DNA of 30,739 nt from Candidatus Eiseniibacteriota bacterium (GTDB lineage: Bacteria > Eisenbacteria > RBG-16-71-46 > SZUA-252). The stretch covers positions 1-30,739 of the forward strand of contig JANMQV010000191.1 of assembly GCA_031370645.1 (NCBI GenBank), written 5' to 3'. A program made the translations under genes and the position numbers. The notes beneath the pieces were generated by a model that saw only the letters and a program-made list of their open reading frames with translations, was not told where the DNA came from and did no database searches. Each line of letters opens with the position of its first letter. The stretch's first letter is position 1. Positions 8,947-19,079 of the stretch are shown here, piece after piece.

Positions 8947-10338
8947 TTGTCGCTGCAGCGTCCCCGCGCCTTGGTCGTCGACAAGGACACCGCCGAAACC
9001 CAAGCCCTGCTGGGGTTTCTGGAGGCGAACGGATTCGACGTGCAGTGGGCCAAGGATGGGGAGCAGGCGTTCAACGTCCTCGACGCGCCGCCCCCCGACA
9101 AGGCGGGAGCCGTTCTCCTCGGACACGAAGTCCTCATCACCGAACTCCGGGCGCAGCGGATCGATGGACTCCGCCTGCTCGAGATCGCGCGGAAGCGAAA
9201 TCCCGAAGCGTGCGTCATCCTGATCGCCGACGCCGGCGGCATCGATCTCGCCACGGACGCCATGCGCGACGGGGCGTACGACTTCCAGCTCCGCCCCCTG
9301 AATCATCCGAAGATGCTCGCCGTCATCCAGCGCGCGCTCTCGCACCAGCAACTGGTGACGCGCGTCTCGGCATTGGCCGAGCGCCTCGACGAGCGGCTCC
9401 GTATTCCGACGCTCACCGGGAATTCGCGCGCCATGCAGACGCTCACCGAGCGGATCGCGCAGATCGCGCCCACGCGCGCGACGACGCTCATCCAGGGGGA
9501 GACCGGAAGCGGGAAGGAACTGATCGCGCAGGCGATCCACCAGTTCTCGCCGCGGAAGGACGAGCGTTTCGTGAAGCTCCATTGCGCGGAACTCTCCGAG
9601 AATCTGATCGAGAGCGAACTCTTCGGCCACGAGCGCGGCTCGTTTACCGGCGCCGAGCAGCAACGAAAGGGACGGTTCGAGCTGGCCGACGGCGGCACCC
9701 TCTTCATCGACGAGATCTCCGAAGTGCCGCTCAACGTTCAGACCAAATTGTTGCGCGTCCTCCAAGACCGCCAATTCGAGCGGGTTGGCGGGAGCGAGAC
9801 GGTAAAAGTCGACGTGCGCGTCATCGCGGCCACGAACAAGCCGCTCGACGTGCTCGTCTCGCGCGGGGAATTCCGCGAGGACCTCTACTACCGCCTCCGC
9901 GTCGTGCTGCTCGAAGTGCCGTCGCTTCGAGAGCGGAGCGACGATGTGCCGCTCCTTGTGGAGGCGTTCATCCGTGAATTCAATCGCGAGCACGGGCGAA
10001 AGGTCTCCGGCATCACCCGTGGCGCCATGGACCGGCTGATGCACTACGAGTGGCCGGGCAACGTGCGCGAACTGAAGAACACGATCGAGGAGCTGGTGAT
10101 CTTCACGGAGGGGAAGCGCGTGCTCGACGTCGCCGACCTGCCGCTCGCGCTTCGCCAACAACGGGGCGCCACGGCGCCCGATCTCCACCTCCACGTCGGC
10201 ATGACGATGCAGGAGATCGAACGAGCCGCCATCGAAGCGACGATGCGCACGGTGGCCTACGACAAGCAGAAGGCGGCGAAGATGCTCGGGATCGGGCTCC
10301 GGACGCTCTATCGAAAACTGAAGGAGTACGGGCTGTGA
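8947..10338 (+). CDS. Sigma54-dependent enhancer-binding protein (NtrC/AtoC family) with atypical receiver domain
   Basis: Walker A GETGSGKE, ESELFGHERGSFTGA, LFIDE, FREDLYYRL, WPGNVREL and a Fis-type HTH. The receiver has Glu in place of the phospho-Asp. TTG start. Confidence 0.93.
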   Translation: MSLQRPRALVVDKDTAETQALLGFLEANGFDVQWAKDGEQAFNVLDAPPPDKAGAVLLGHEVLITELRAQRIDGLRLLEIARKRNPEACVILIADAGGIDLATDAMRDGAYDFQLRPLNHPKMLAVIQRALSHQQLVTRVSALAERLDERLRIPTLTGNSRAMQTLTERIAQIAPTRATTLIQGETGSGKELIAQAIHQFSPRKDERFVKLHCAELSENLIESELFGHERGSFTGAEQQRKGRFELADGGTLFIDEISEVPLNVQTKLLRVLQDRQFERVGGSETVKVDVRVIAATNKPLDVLVSRGEFREDLYYRLRVVLLEVPSLRERSDDVPLLVEAFIREFNREHGRKVSGITRGAMDRLMHYEWPGNVRELKNTIEELVIFTEGKRVLDVADLPLALRQQRGATAPDLHLHVGMTMQEIERAAIEATMRTVAYDKQKAAKMLGIGLRTLYRKLKEYGL

Positions 10339-10787
10339 GCGGCGGCGTGTCACGCGAGAGCGCGGGCGCCCGTGGCGCGGCGCTGGGTGGCCGTCCGGCG
10401 CGCGGCATCTGCGAGATACTCCTCGTCGTACCGGATGTGGAGGCGGTCTTCGCCTTCTACCGCGACGTGGTCGGGCTCCCGGTGGACGACGATTCGAGTG
10501 CCAAGTTCAAGTGGCTCTGGGCGGGGACGCCGGGGCGGGCACAGCGAATCGGCATCACCGCGGGGCCGCTCTCGTTCGGCGCGGCGCACTGCGGTGGGCC
10601 CCAACACTTCGCCTTCGGCGTGGAGCGATCGCGGATTCCGGAACTGAAGTCGCGGCTCGAAGCGCACGGTATCGAGGTGGAGGGCCCGGTGGAGTTCCGC
10701 TTCTGGGACGCGGAGTCGATCTACTTCAGCGACCCGGCCGGAAATCGTGTCGAGTTCTGCGGATTCAGCGAAGCTCCATCTCCATGA
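10335..10787 (+). CDS. VOC (glyoxalase/bleomycin resistance) family protein
   Basis: EILLVVPD..AFYRDVVGL, HFAF, SIYFSDPAGNRVEF. GTG overlaps the upstream TGA, with SD AAGGAG at 10321-10326. Confidence 0.85.
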   Translation: MSGGVSRESAGARGAALGGRPARGICEILLVVPDVEAVFAFYRDVVGLPVDDDSSAKFKWLWAGTPGRAQRIGITAGPLSFGAAHCGGPQHFAFGVERSRIPELKSRLEAHGIEVEGPVEFRFWDAESIYFSDPAGNRVEFCGFSEAPSP

Positions 10788-11280
10788 AGATGACGATCGA
10801 CTTCAGCTCCTCCGGAAAATCGGGAGGCGGGGGCATCCGCCGAAATCCCGCCGCCTCGTAGAGCGCGTGCGCCTTCGTCATGGAGGCGTGGCTGTCGAGA
10901 AAGAGCCGACGGTACCCCGCAAGCCTGGCCTCCACGACCACCGCTGCGATCAGACGCTGGCCGATCGCAAGCCCCCGAAATCCGGGCCGCACGTAGACCC
11001 GCTTCACTTCCGCCATCGTGGAATCGTGCGGCTTGAGGGCGATACATCCCGCGGCCTCTCCGCCGTGTGTCGCCAAGAGGAGGCGTCCCGCCGGCGGCGC
11101 GTAGATCCCGGGTAGCGTGGCAAGCTCCTGCCGCAGCTTGTGAAACGTCGGAGCGAATTCGCTTTCGGCGGCGAGCGTGAAGACCCACGCCGTGTACTCC
11201 CGAAGCAACTCGCGCACCGCCTCGATCTCGTCCGGCGTGCGAACCTGCGAGATGAGGACTTCCCGCGCCGGCGCCGTCAT
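10765..11280 (-). CDS. GNAT family N-acetyltransferase
   Basis: AEVKRVYVRPGFRGLAIG acetyl-CoA motif and AHALYEAAGF. ATG at 11280 overlaps the stop of the glycosyltransferase gene (ATGA). Confidence 0.88.
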   Translation of the reverse strand: MTAPAREVLISQVRTPDEIEAVRELLREYTAWVFTLAAESEFAPTFHKLRQELATLPGIYAPPAGRLLLATHGGEAAGCIALKPHDSTMAEVKRVYVRPGFRGLAIGQRLIAAVVVEARLAGYRRLFLDSHASMTKAHALYEAAGFRRMPPPPDFPEELKSIVIFMEMELR

Positions 11281-13640
11281 CGTTTGTCCGGCCCCGATCC
11301 CGACTTCGCCCCCGCTCCCGATTCCGACTTCGCACCCGCCCTCGCTCCCGCTCCCATCCGTTCCAACCGCGCCACCTCGCCTTGCAGAAGTCTCGCGTCC
11401 CCGGGATTGCTCGTGAGCGAGGCCGCCTCGCGGAGCGCGGCGAGACCTTCCGACGGGCGGCCGAGTTGATTTAGCAAGATTACCGCCATGTCGCGCTGGG
11501 CCGCCGCGCGCTCCGGGAATCCGACCGGCACCTGCCCCAGTTCCGTGACCGCTTCCTCGTACCGACGGAGCGATGCCAGCACCTGGCCGATGTTCAGCCG
11601 GATGCGCGGATCGCCCGAAAGCGCGAGCGCCTCGCGGAGTTCGGCCAGCGATTCCGGAAGGCGACCCAACCGCTCGAGCGCCATGCCTCGGTAGAGCCGC
11701 AAGGCGTAGCCGCCCGGAGCCTCCGCGATGCCGCGGCGGGCGGCATCCTCCGCCCCGGCGAAGTCCGCCCGATTGAGCCGCGCCAGCGCCAGAGCCGCCT
11801 CGAGCCGCGCGTTCAGGGTCGTCGCTCCGATCGACAAGCCGCGAAGCGCCCATTCCTCCGCGCGCTCCTGATCGCCGGCGCGGGAGAAAAGGGCGCTCAT
11901 GTCGTGACACCAGAGCGCGAGCCGGTAGGTTCCGCTCGGCTTCGGCTGAATCGAGGCGAAGAGGCTGTCGCGCTCCGCGCGGGTGCTGATCGCGCCTGGA
12001 ATCGAACGCACCTCGATCGAAGGACCGGAGAGGCTCGCCGCGTCGGAACGCCAAAGGAGCGGCGCGTGGGCGCGGAGCCAGCGGTAATAGCCGGCCTCGC
12101 CCGGGTAGTGGAGCGAGTCGGCGTCGAAGCGGCGCGAGATCTCACCCGAGAGGACGATCGTTTCGAGTCCGTCGAGAAATTCCGAGCGATAGGCCGCGGC
12201 AACGAGAGGAGCCTGCGTGGCGAAGAAGGGCCAAATGACAAGGTTTCGTTCCTGCTCGGAGAAGACCGGTCCGTAGAGCTCGACGGCCAGCCGGCGGGTC
12301 GGGGCTACGTTCGTGTTGATCCATCGCCGCGCCTCGTGGCGCGAATCGGGACGGTGGAGCGCCGTTCGAACGTTCCAAAATTCGGGCAGGGGGGCGAGGA
12401 CGCAAACCGCCACGACGACCGGCAAGACAGCGCCGCCGCGCCGCGCGAGCGAGGGGAGGCGCGCCGCGAGGAGTCCCACGAGCCAGAGCGCGCCCACGGC
12501 CGCCGCGAGCATCATCACGGGGAACGCGACGAGGAGATAGCGCTCCTGTGCGGCGCGGAGGAGCCCGTTCGCGGCGACGATGAAGATGGCGACGTGCGCC
12601 GCCGCGCGCGCGCCGGCGCCTCGCCTCCAGAGGGAGATGAATCCGGCGATCGAGAGGAGATAGGCCGGCCACCCGAGCGATTTCGGCAGCGAGGAGATGA
12701 GATACGTCGGGAGCGAGATCGGAAACATCGACTGTCCGACCCAATCGCTGAAGAGGCTCTTTCGCTGGACCGAGAAAGCCTCGGCCGTCGTCTTCCAGTC
12801 GAGGAACGTGAAGGGCGTGACCACGAACATCGCGGCGAGCGCGAGTCCGGCGGCGATCGCCAATCCTTTCCAACGCGCGCCGCGAAGGTGCGCCAGCGCG
12901 AGCGGCACGAGGAGCACGAGCGGAACGTACTTGCAAGCCGCCGCGAGGCCGATCCAGACACCGGCCCAGGCGGAGTCGCGCGTGCCGCCCCCTTCCGCGA
13001 CGCGAGCCATCGCCCCGGTCGCGAGCGCCACGAAGACGAGCGCCAGGAGATTCGGATCGCTGATGTGCTGCGAGGTGAGGATGTGAAGCGGGTTCGCGGC
13101 TAAGAAGAGGGCCGCGAGAATGGCGGCCGTTCGCCCCGCGAGCGGGAGCGTCAGCCGCCACGTGAGCCAGACGCTCAACACACCGATCAGGGCGTTCAGG
13201 AGACGCGCCAAGAGAAAAAGCGCCGCCGAATCGCGTTGCACATGCTCGGCGAATTCCTGCGTGCTCACGCCGGAGTGGACCGCGCCGTACCATCCCTTGT
13301 AGACGAGCTGCACACCGAGCGTGACGTAGAACGAGAGCGCCGGCCAACCGCCCGTGTGGGGGTTCAGGTCGAACTCCCTGAGCCCTCCGCGCCACATGCC
13401 CCACGAACGCATGATCGTCGTGCGGTCGGTCTCCTCGATGGCGGTGTCGTCGATGACGTTGATCCGGAGCGACGCGTCGGGGAGCCGGTCGCCGATCCCC
13501 CAGAGGCGAAGCAGGGCCGAGGCGATCAGAATGAAAAGGAGCGCGCGGTCGATCGATGCGATCGAGAACCGGCTCGTCGGCGCGCGAGATTTCGCGGGAG
13601 ATGTCGCGCGTCGCTTCGACTTGGGGCGCGGTTTGGTCAC
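11277..13640 (-). CDS. GT-C fold (ArnT/PMT/GT39-like) membrane glycosyltransferase with C-terminal TPR repeats
   Basis: LLRLWGI in TM1, acidic loop (DDTAIEETD), GLAAACKY, RYLL, about 11 hydrophobic segments. TPR-like helices LYRGMALERLGRLPES and LNIGQVLASLRRYEEAV. Confidence 0.8.
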   Translation of the reverse strand: MTKPRPKSKRRATSPAKSRAPTSRFSIASIDRALLFILIASALLRLWGIGDRLPDASLRINVIDDTAIEETDRTTIMRSWGMWRGGLREFDLNPHTGGWPALSFYVTLGVQLVYKGWYGAVHSGVSTQEFAEHVQRDSAALFLLARLLNALIGVLSVWLTWRLTLPLAGRTAAILAALFLAANPLHILTSQHISDPNLLALVFVALATGAMARVAEGGGTRDSAWAGVWIGLAAACKYVPLVLLVPLALAHLRGARWKGLAIAAGLALAAMFVVTPFTFLDWKTTAEAFSVQRKSLFSDWVGQSMFPISLPTYLISSLPKSLGWPAYLLSIAGFISLWRRGAGARAAAHVAIFIVAANGLLRAAQERYLLVAFPVMMLAAAVGALWLVGLLAARLPSLARRGGAVLPVVVAVCVLAPLPEFWNVRTALHRPDSRHEARRWINTNVAPTRRLAVELYGPVFSEQERNLVIWPFFATQAPLVAAAYRSEFLDGLETIVLSGEISRRFDADSLHYPGEAGYYRWLRAHAPLLWRSDAASLSGPSIEVRSIPGAISTRAERDSLFASIQPKPSGTYRLALWCHDMSALFSRAGDQERAEEWALRGLSIGATTLNARLEAALALARLNRADFAGAEDAARRGIAEAPGGYALRLYRGMALERLGRLPESLAELREALALSGDPRIRLNIGQVLASLRRYEEAVTELGQVPVGFPERAAAQRDMAVILLNQLGRPSEGLAALREAASLTSNPGDARLLQGEVARLERMGAGARAGAKSESGAGAKSGSGPDKR
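11293..11340. repeat. 24-bp imperfect tandem duplication in the glycosyltransferase C-terminal tail
   Basis: CCCGATCCCGACTTCGCCCCCGCT followed by CCCGATTCCGACTTCGCACCCGCC; encodes AGAKS(E/G)SG twice. Confidence 0.7.
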
Positions 13641-13726
13641 CGGCGCCGCCTATGTTTCGCCCGAGGCGAAGGCGACAAATTGGCCGATCGGGCCTGCGGA
13701 TTTGGCGGAGGGGTGGGAAGGGTTCA

Positions 13727-13750
13727 TAAGTTGTTGTGGCATTATAGATA
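13727..13750. promoter_or_regulatory. IHF-like site (copy 1)
   Basis: TAAGTTGTTGTGGCATTATAGATA matches the YAA-N4-TTG core of the IHF consensus and sits in an AT-rich island. Confidence 0.4.
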
Positions 13751-13816
13751 GGCGCGCCGATTCTCCTCAACGCTTCTGCCGTTTGGACAACTTCGAGTCT
13801 TCAGAGGCGGTCGAAT

Positions 13817-13843
13817 TTAGCACTCCGAAGAGGCGAGTGCTAT
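13817..13843 (+). promoter_or_regulatory. CIRCE operator (HrcA binding site)
   Basis: TTAGCACTC-CGAAGAGGC-GAGTGCTAT is one mismatch from TTAGCACTC-N9-GAGTGCTAA and lies upstream of groES. Confidence 0.95.
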
Positions 13844-13846
13844 TTT

Positions 13847-13871
13847 TATCTCCAATTATGACAATCAGTTA
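13847..13871. promoter_or_regulatory. IHF-like site (copy 2, inverted)
   Basis: Reverse complement TAACTGATTGTCATAATTGGAGATA has the YAA-N4-TTG core and ends about 30 bp before the sigma54 box. Confidence 0.45.
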
Positions 13872-13901
13872 CGACCAACGAGACGCAACTGCGCCAAAAC
13901 A

Positions 13902-13916
13902 CGGCACGCCGATTGC
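13902..13916 (+). promoter_or_regulatory. Sigma54 (-24/-12) promoter upstream of groES
   Basis: CGGCACG-CCGA-TTGC versus consensus TGGCACG-N4-TTGC, with exact GG-N10-GC spacing. Confidence 0.7.
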
Positions 13917-14011
13917 GGTAGAGTAGGGGCTGGTCGCGGGGTGTGGCCTTTCCCGTGCCCATTTGTCAGCGAGTCACCATCCACGAATCCGAAACGAAGG
14001 AGCCTCATTAC

Positions 14012-14302
14012 ATGTCCGTCAATGTGAAGCCGCTGTCGGATCGCATCCTCGTTCGTCGCCTCGAGGACACTGAAGTGAAGCGCGGCGGGATCATCATCCC
14101 GGACACCGCCAAGGAGAAGCCGCAGCAGGGCGAGGTCATCGCCGTCGGCCCGGGTCGTTTCGAAGACGGCAAGCGCATTCCGCTCGACGTCAAGAAGGGC
14201 GACAAGGTTCTCATGGGCAAGTACTCGGGCAGCGAAGTGAAGATCGATGGCACGGACTACATCATCATCCGCGAGGACGAAGTTCTCGCCATCGTCTCCT
14301 AG
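14012..14302 (+). CDS. groS: Co-chaperonin GroES
   Basis: [50 protein letters not shown] at 13997-14002 supports ATG 14012 rather than 13943. Confidence 0.97.
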   Translation: MSVNVKPLSDRILVRRLEDTEVKRGGIIIPDTAKEKPQQGEVIAVGPGRFEDGKRIPLDVKKGDKVLMGKYSGSEVKIDGTDYIIIREDEVLAIVS

Positions 14303-15991
<1,689 letters not shown>

Positions 15992-16058
15992 TCGACAATC
16001 GTCGCCTCGCGGGGAACCGCGTTGTGGGACTCGGTGAATCGTTGAGGTCGATGATGAT

Positions 16059-16103
16059 GAGGGGGTCGGAACCCATGAAGGGGACCGGCCCCCTCTAGTT
16101 TTT
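16059..16103 (+). terminator. Rho-independent terminator of groESL
   Basis: Stem GAGGGGGTCGG / CCGGCCCCCTC (one G-U pair) followed by TAGTTTTT. Confidence 0.75.
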
Positions 16104-16125
16104 GGGGCGGGCCGGACGCGGACTG

Positions 16126-17244
16126 CTACTTCGGTATCTGCTCGAACAGCGTCTTTACCAACCCGTCCATCGACTCCTGGAAGAATTCCAGATTCTCTTT
16201 GTCAGTCCCGGCGAACTCGGCGGCGTACGAGCGGACGTTGACCGCCTTCCGCACGTCCTCCAGTTTGGCGGTGAGCGGCCCGCGCTGCCGCGTTTCGCGG
16301 ACGACCTGATCGCGCACGTCCTTCATCACCTCGATGGTCCGGTTGAGGTACGTCTTGTCGAGCATCACCTCGCCGTGGCCGGGAATCACCACCTGTGCGT
16401 CGATGGCGGCGAGCGATTCGAGGGTAGCGATCTCGTCGTAGGGATAACCGGCGAAGAAGTAGGGAATGGGGGTGGCGACGAGGTCGCCGGTGACGAGGAT
16501 GTGTTCGCGAGGTAGGTAGAGCACCACGTCGCCGGCGGAATGCCCTTTTCCGTAGTAGCGAAGTTCGACCGTGCGGTTTCCAAGGTCGATCGTCATCGCG
16601 TCCGAAAAGGTGACGTTCGGATAGACGGGGACGTAGTTCTCGAATTCCTGGAACGCGGCCTGCCGCCCCGTGAGTTCCTCGCTCATCGACTTCCTCTCCG
16701 CTTCGCTCAGCTTCTTTCCGTCCTCACCCTTCCCTCGCTTCAATTGGTCCGCAAGGGTCGCGATCCGCGCCCGGTAGCGCGCGCGGTTCGGGACGTCGAA
16801 GCCCTCCTCGAGCCCTGGCGTGACCGTGTGGGCGAGGATCGTCAGACCCGGGAACGCCGCGGCATAGGTCGGGTTCCCGCGCATGTGGTCGGGGTGCCAA
16901 TGCGTGTTCACGAGGTAGCGCACCGGCTTGTCGGTCCACTGGCGGATCTGCGCGATGTCTTCCCGGGCGCTCGAGGGGAGGTAGCCCGAATCGACCACAA
17001 GCACGTCGCGGTCCCCGATGATCACGGTCGTGTTCCCCTGGGGATTGGTGTCGGGGCCGTCCTTGTGGAGGATCACGTAGACGCCGTCGGCCGCTTCGCC
17101 AACGCTTCGAGCATGCCGGGAGACGGAGTGCCCGCTCGATTTGGCCGGGGCGGCCGGGACGTCGGCTGCCGCGGCAGCGGGGGCGGCCGAAACGGGGAAG
17201 AGAAGGACGAGCGAGAGCGCGAAGGCAGGCCCCAATCGAGTCAT
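16126..17244 (-). CDS. Secreted metallo-beta-lactamase-fold hydrolase
   Basis: Signal peptide, VLVVDSG, NTHWHPDH (HxHxDH), GHSAGD, TGDL, IPGHG. ATGA-coupled to the YceI gene. Confidence 0.88.
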   Translation of the reverse strand: MTRLGPAFALSLVLLFPVSAAPAAAAADVPAAPAKSSGHSVSRHARSVGEAADGVYVILHKDGPDTNPQGNTTVIIGDRDVLVVDSGYLPSSAREDIAQIRQWTDKPVRYLVNTHWHPDHMRGNPTYAAAFPGLTILAHTVTPGLEEGFDVPNRARYRARIATLADQLKRGKGEDGKKLSEAERKSMSEELTGRQAAFQEFENYVPVYPNVTFSDAMTIDLGNRTVELRYYGKGHSAGDVVLYLPREHILVTGDLVATPIPYFFAGYPYDEIATLESLAAIDAQVVIPGHGEVMLDKTYLNRTIEVMKDVRDQVVRETRQRGPLTAKLEDVRKAVNVRSYAAEFAGTDKENLEFFQESMDGLVKTLFEQIPK

Positions 17245-17873
17245 TTTGTGATTTTCTCCGGCGCTTCCAGCGCCACGCCGCGGACTTTCACGGTTTGAAC
17301 GTCGGCGAGCTTCAAGAACAGAAATTGCGGCCGGGCGATGGCGTAATCCCCCAAGGCCACCGGGAACGTCGTGCTGAATTCGATTCGGGCGGGAGCGGGG
17401 GCGGGGTGATAGACGATCTCCACCGCGATCCGAATCCTCCGGCTCACGCCATGCAGCGTAAAAGTCCCCTCCACATCGAGCGATTCCGCGCGTCCTGCTT
17501 CAAGCGCTCGAGCCGACCGCCCCCGAAGGGCAGCGCCATCGAATACCGCCTTCGGAAACTTCGCGGTCTCGAGATGATTCTCGCGCATGTGCGTATTTCG
17601 CATCTTGAGCCCGGTGTCGAGGGTCGCGAGATCGACTTCGAAGCGCACGCTCGCCGAATCTCCGAGCGCCGCCGGGTCGATGTCGATCTCCCCTTCGAGC
17701 GAGTTCGTCTTCCCCTCGAACTGCTCCATGGCGGCCTTTGAGGCGAAAGTCACCCGTGAATCCTTTCCCGCGTGCACACGGAACGACGTCGCGCCCGCAG
17801 ACCCCGAGATCCCGAGTAGGGCGATCAAGCAGGTAAGCGGCGATACCACGAGGAAGCCGTTCAGCTTTCGCAC
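17241..17873 (-). CDS. YceI-family lipid/polyisoprenoid-binding periplasmic protein
   Basis: Signal peptide, SRVTF, LDTGLKMRNTHMR, LETAKFPKAVF, GTFTLHGVSR, DYAI. GTG at 17873 has GGAG 8 nt upstream; GTG 17882 is the alternative. Confidence 0.88.
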   Translation of the reverse strand: MRKLNGFLVVSPLTCLIALLGISGSAGATSFRVHAGKDSRVTFASKAAMEQFEGKTNSLEGEIDIDPAALGDSASVRFEVDLATLDTGLKMRNTHMRENHLETAKFPKAVFDGAALRGRSARALEAGRAESLDVEGTFTLHGVSRRIRIAVEIVYHPAPAPARIEFSTTFPVALGDYAIARPQFLFLKLADVQTVKVRGVALEAPEKITK

Positions 17874-17900
17874 AGGGCACACTCCGCGGCCACCGGGCCG

Positions 17901-19079
17901 TCAGTAGAGCAGATGCAATTGCAGCAACGTTTCGGTGAAGTCCTGGCCGCCGTAGGCGACGCCGTTGTCGTAGTCCACTTTCCGCACCAACGCTTCGAGG
18001 GCGAGGTAGGAGTACGGCATCGCGTACACGCCTCCGCCGAATCGCGACTTGGCGCCGAACTCGTGCTGACGATTTGGGTCGTAGAAGTCGTACGTCGCCT
18101 TGACCTCGAGACCCCGATGGACCAGGTAGCTCCATTCCTGCGACGTGACGACGCGGTTGACGGCCGGAGCGCCGGGGTCCTTCGAATGCTCCAGATCGAC
18201 CTCTCCGAGCCAGGTGAGCTTGTTCCAGGTGAGATAGCCGTAGAAACCATGGCGGTTGGTATCGCGTTGCCGCGTCGGATGGCGATAGCCGCTCGCGCCG
18301 AGCGCTGCGCCGACCGGCCCGAGGCGCCGCCGATAGACGGCGTTCACGACGCCGGCCACCTTCGTGTCGTTGTCGAGCGTGCTCCCCGGATTGCCGTTGA
18401 CGACGGCCGCCTGGATGTCGAACGAGCCGTGCGAGAACCCTGCCTCCAGCCCGACATCGCTGTTCGAGGGAGGCATGAAACCCAACTCGCTCCGGACGAA
18501 CATCGTGTGGTCGTCGAACTTCAGGCCGTAGGATGGGACGAAACGTCCGGCCTTCACGTAGAGCGTCGGCCGCAGATAGCCGAGCGCGAACGTCTCATAT
18601 CCCCCGGAAGCGGCGCGGTCGTAGTAAAGCGTCACTCGCGGGTCGGGCTGAAACGCGAGGTAGAGATCGGACTGCATCTGGAAGAAGTTGAGATGCGCCT
18701 CCTCGATGTTTCCCCCGACGTAGAACGTCCGGAAGTCGGCGCCGATCAGGATTTGCTTCGAGATCTTCGTCTCGATTTCCGCCAGCGCCTCCGGCTTGGA
18801 GCGGAGCCACGCGATCTCCTCGGGGATGAGTTTCTGCGCCGCGTACGAAGTGCGAAGGCCGCCGCCGGAGGGATTCACGTGGCAGAGCGCGCACTTCTGT
18901 TCGTAGCGCGCGGTATAGCGGGGAAGCGCCACCGCGGACGGGATCGCCGCGCCGCACGTGAGCCACAGGGCCGCGAGCAACAGGCACGCCTGCCACATGC
19001 ACGCGGACCACGGCCGCGCGGGCCAAGGGTGCGCCGCACGGCGCCTCTCGCCGCCCCTCGGCCCCGCCTCAGTTCTCAA
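17901..19079 (-). CDS. Monoheme cytochrome c fused to a predicted outer-membrane beta-barrel
   Basis: Signal peptide ending AVA-LP, CxxCH (CALCH, 18879-18893) near the mature N-terminus, amphipathic beta strands, and an aromatic C-terminal beta-signal (LQLHLLY). Start is TTG 19079 (GGAGG SD) or ATG 18998. Confidence 0.75.
   Translation of the reverse strand: MRTEAGPRGGERRRAAHPWPARPWSACMWQACLLLAALWLTCGAAIPSAVALPRYTARYEQKCALCHVNPSGGGLRTSYAAQKLIPEEIAWLRSKPEALAEIETKISKQILIGADFRTFYVGGNIEEAHLNFFQMQSDLYLAFQPDPRVTLYYDRAASGGYETFALGYLRPTLYVKAGRFVPSYGLKFDDHTMFVRSELGFMPPSNSDVGLEAGFSHGSFDIQAAVVNGNPGSTLDNDTKVAGVVNAVYRRRLGPVGAALGASGYRHPTRQRDTNRHGFYGYLTWNKLTWLGEVDLEHSKDPGAPAVNRVVTSQEWSYLVHRGLEVKATYDFYDPNRQHEFGAKSRFGGGVYAMPYSYLALEALVRKVDYDNGVAYGGQDFTETLLQLHLLY

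Noticed and set aside
10050-12054. Long N-terminal extensions of the VOC (from 10050) and GNAT (from 12054) ORFs
   Set aside because: They overlap neighbouring genes; the stop/start-coupled codons at 10335 and 11280 fit the domain boundaries.
16126-17244. MBL-fold protein as an antibiotic-resistance beta-lactamase
   Set aside because: HxHxDH is shared across the whole superfamily, and nothing in the sequence or context (no mobile element) points to beta-lactamase activity.
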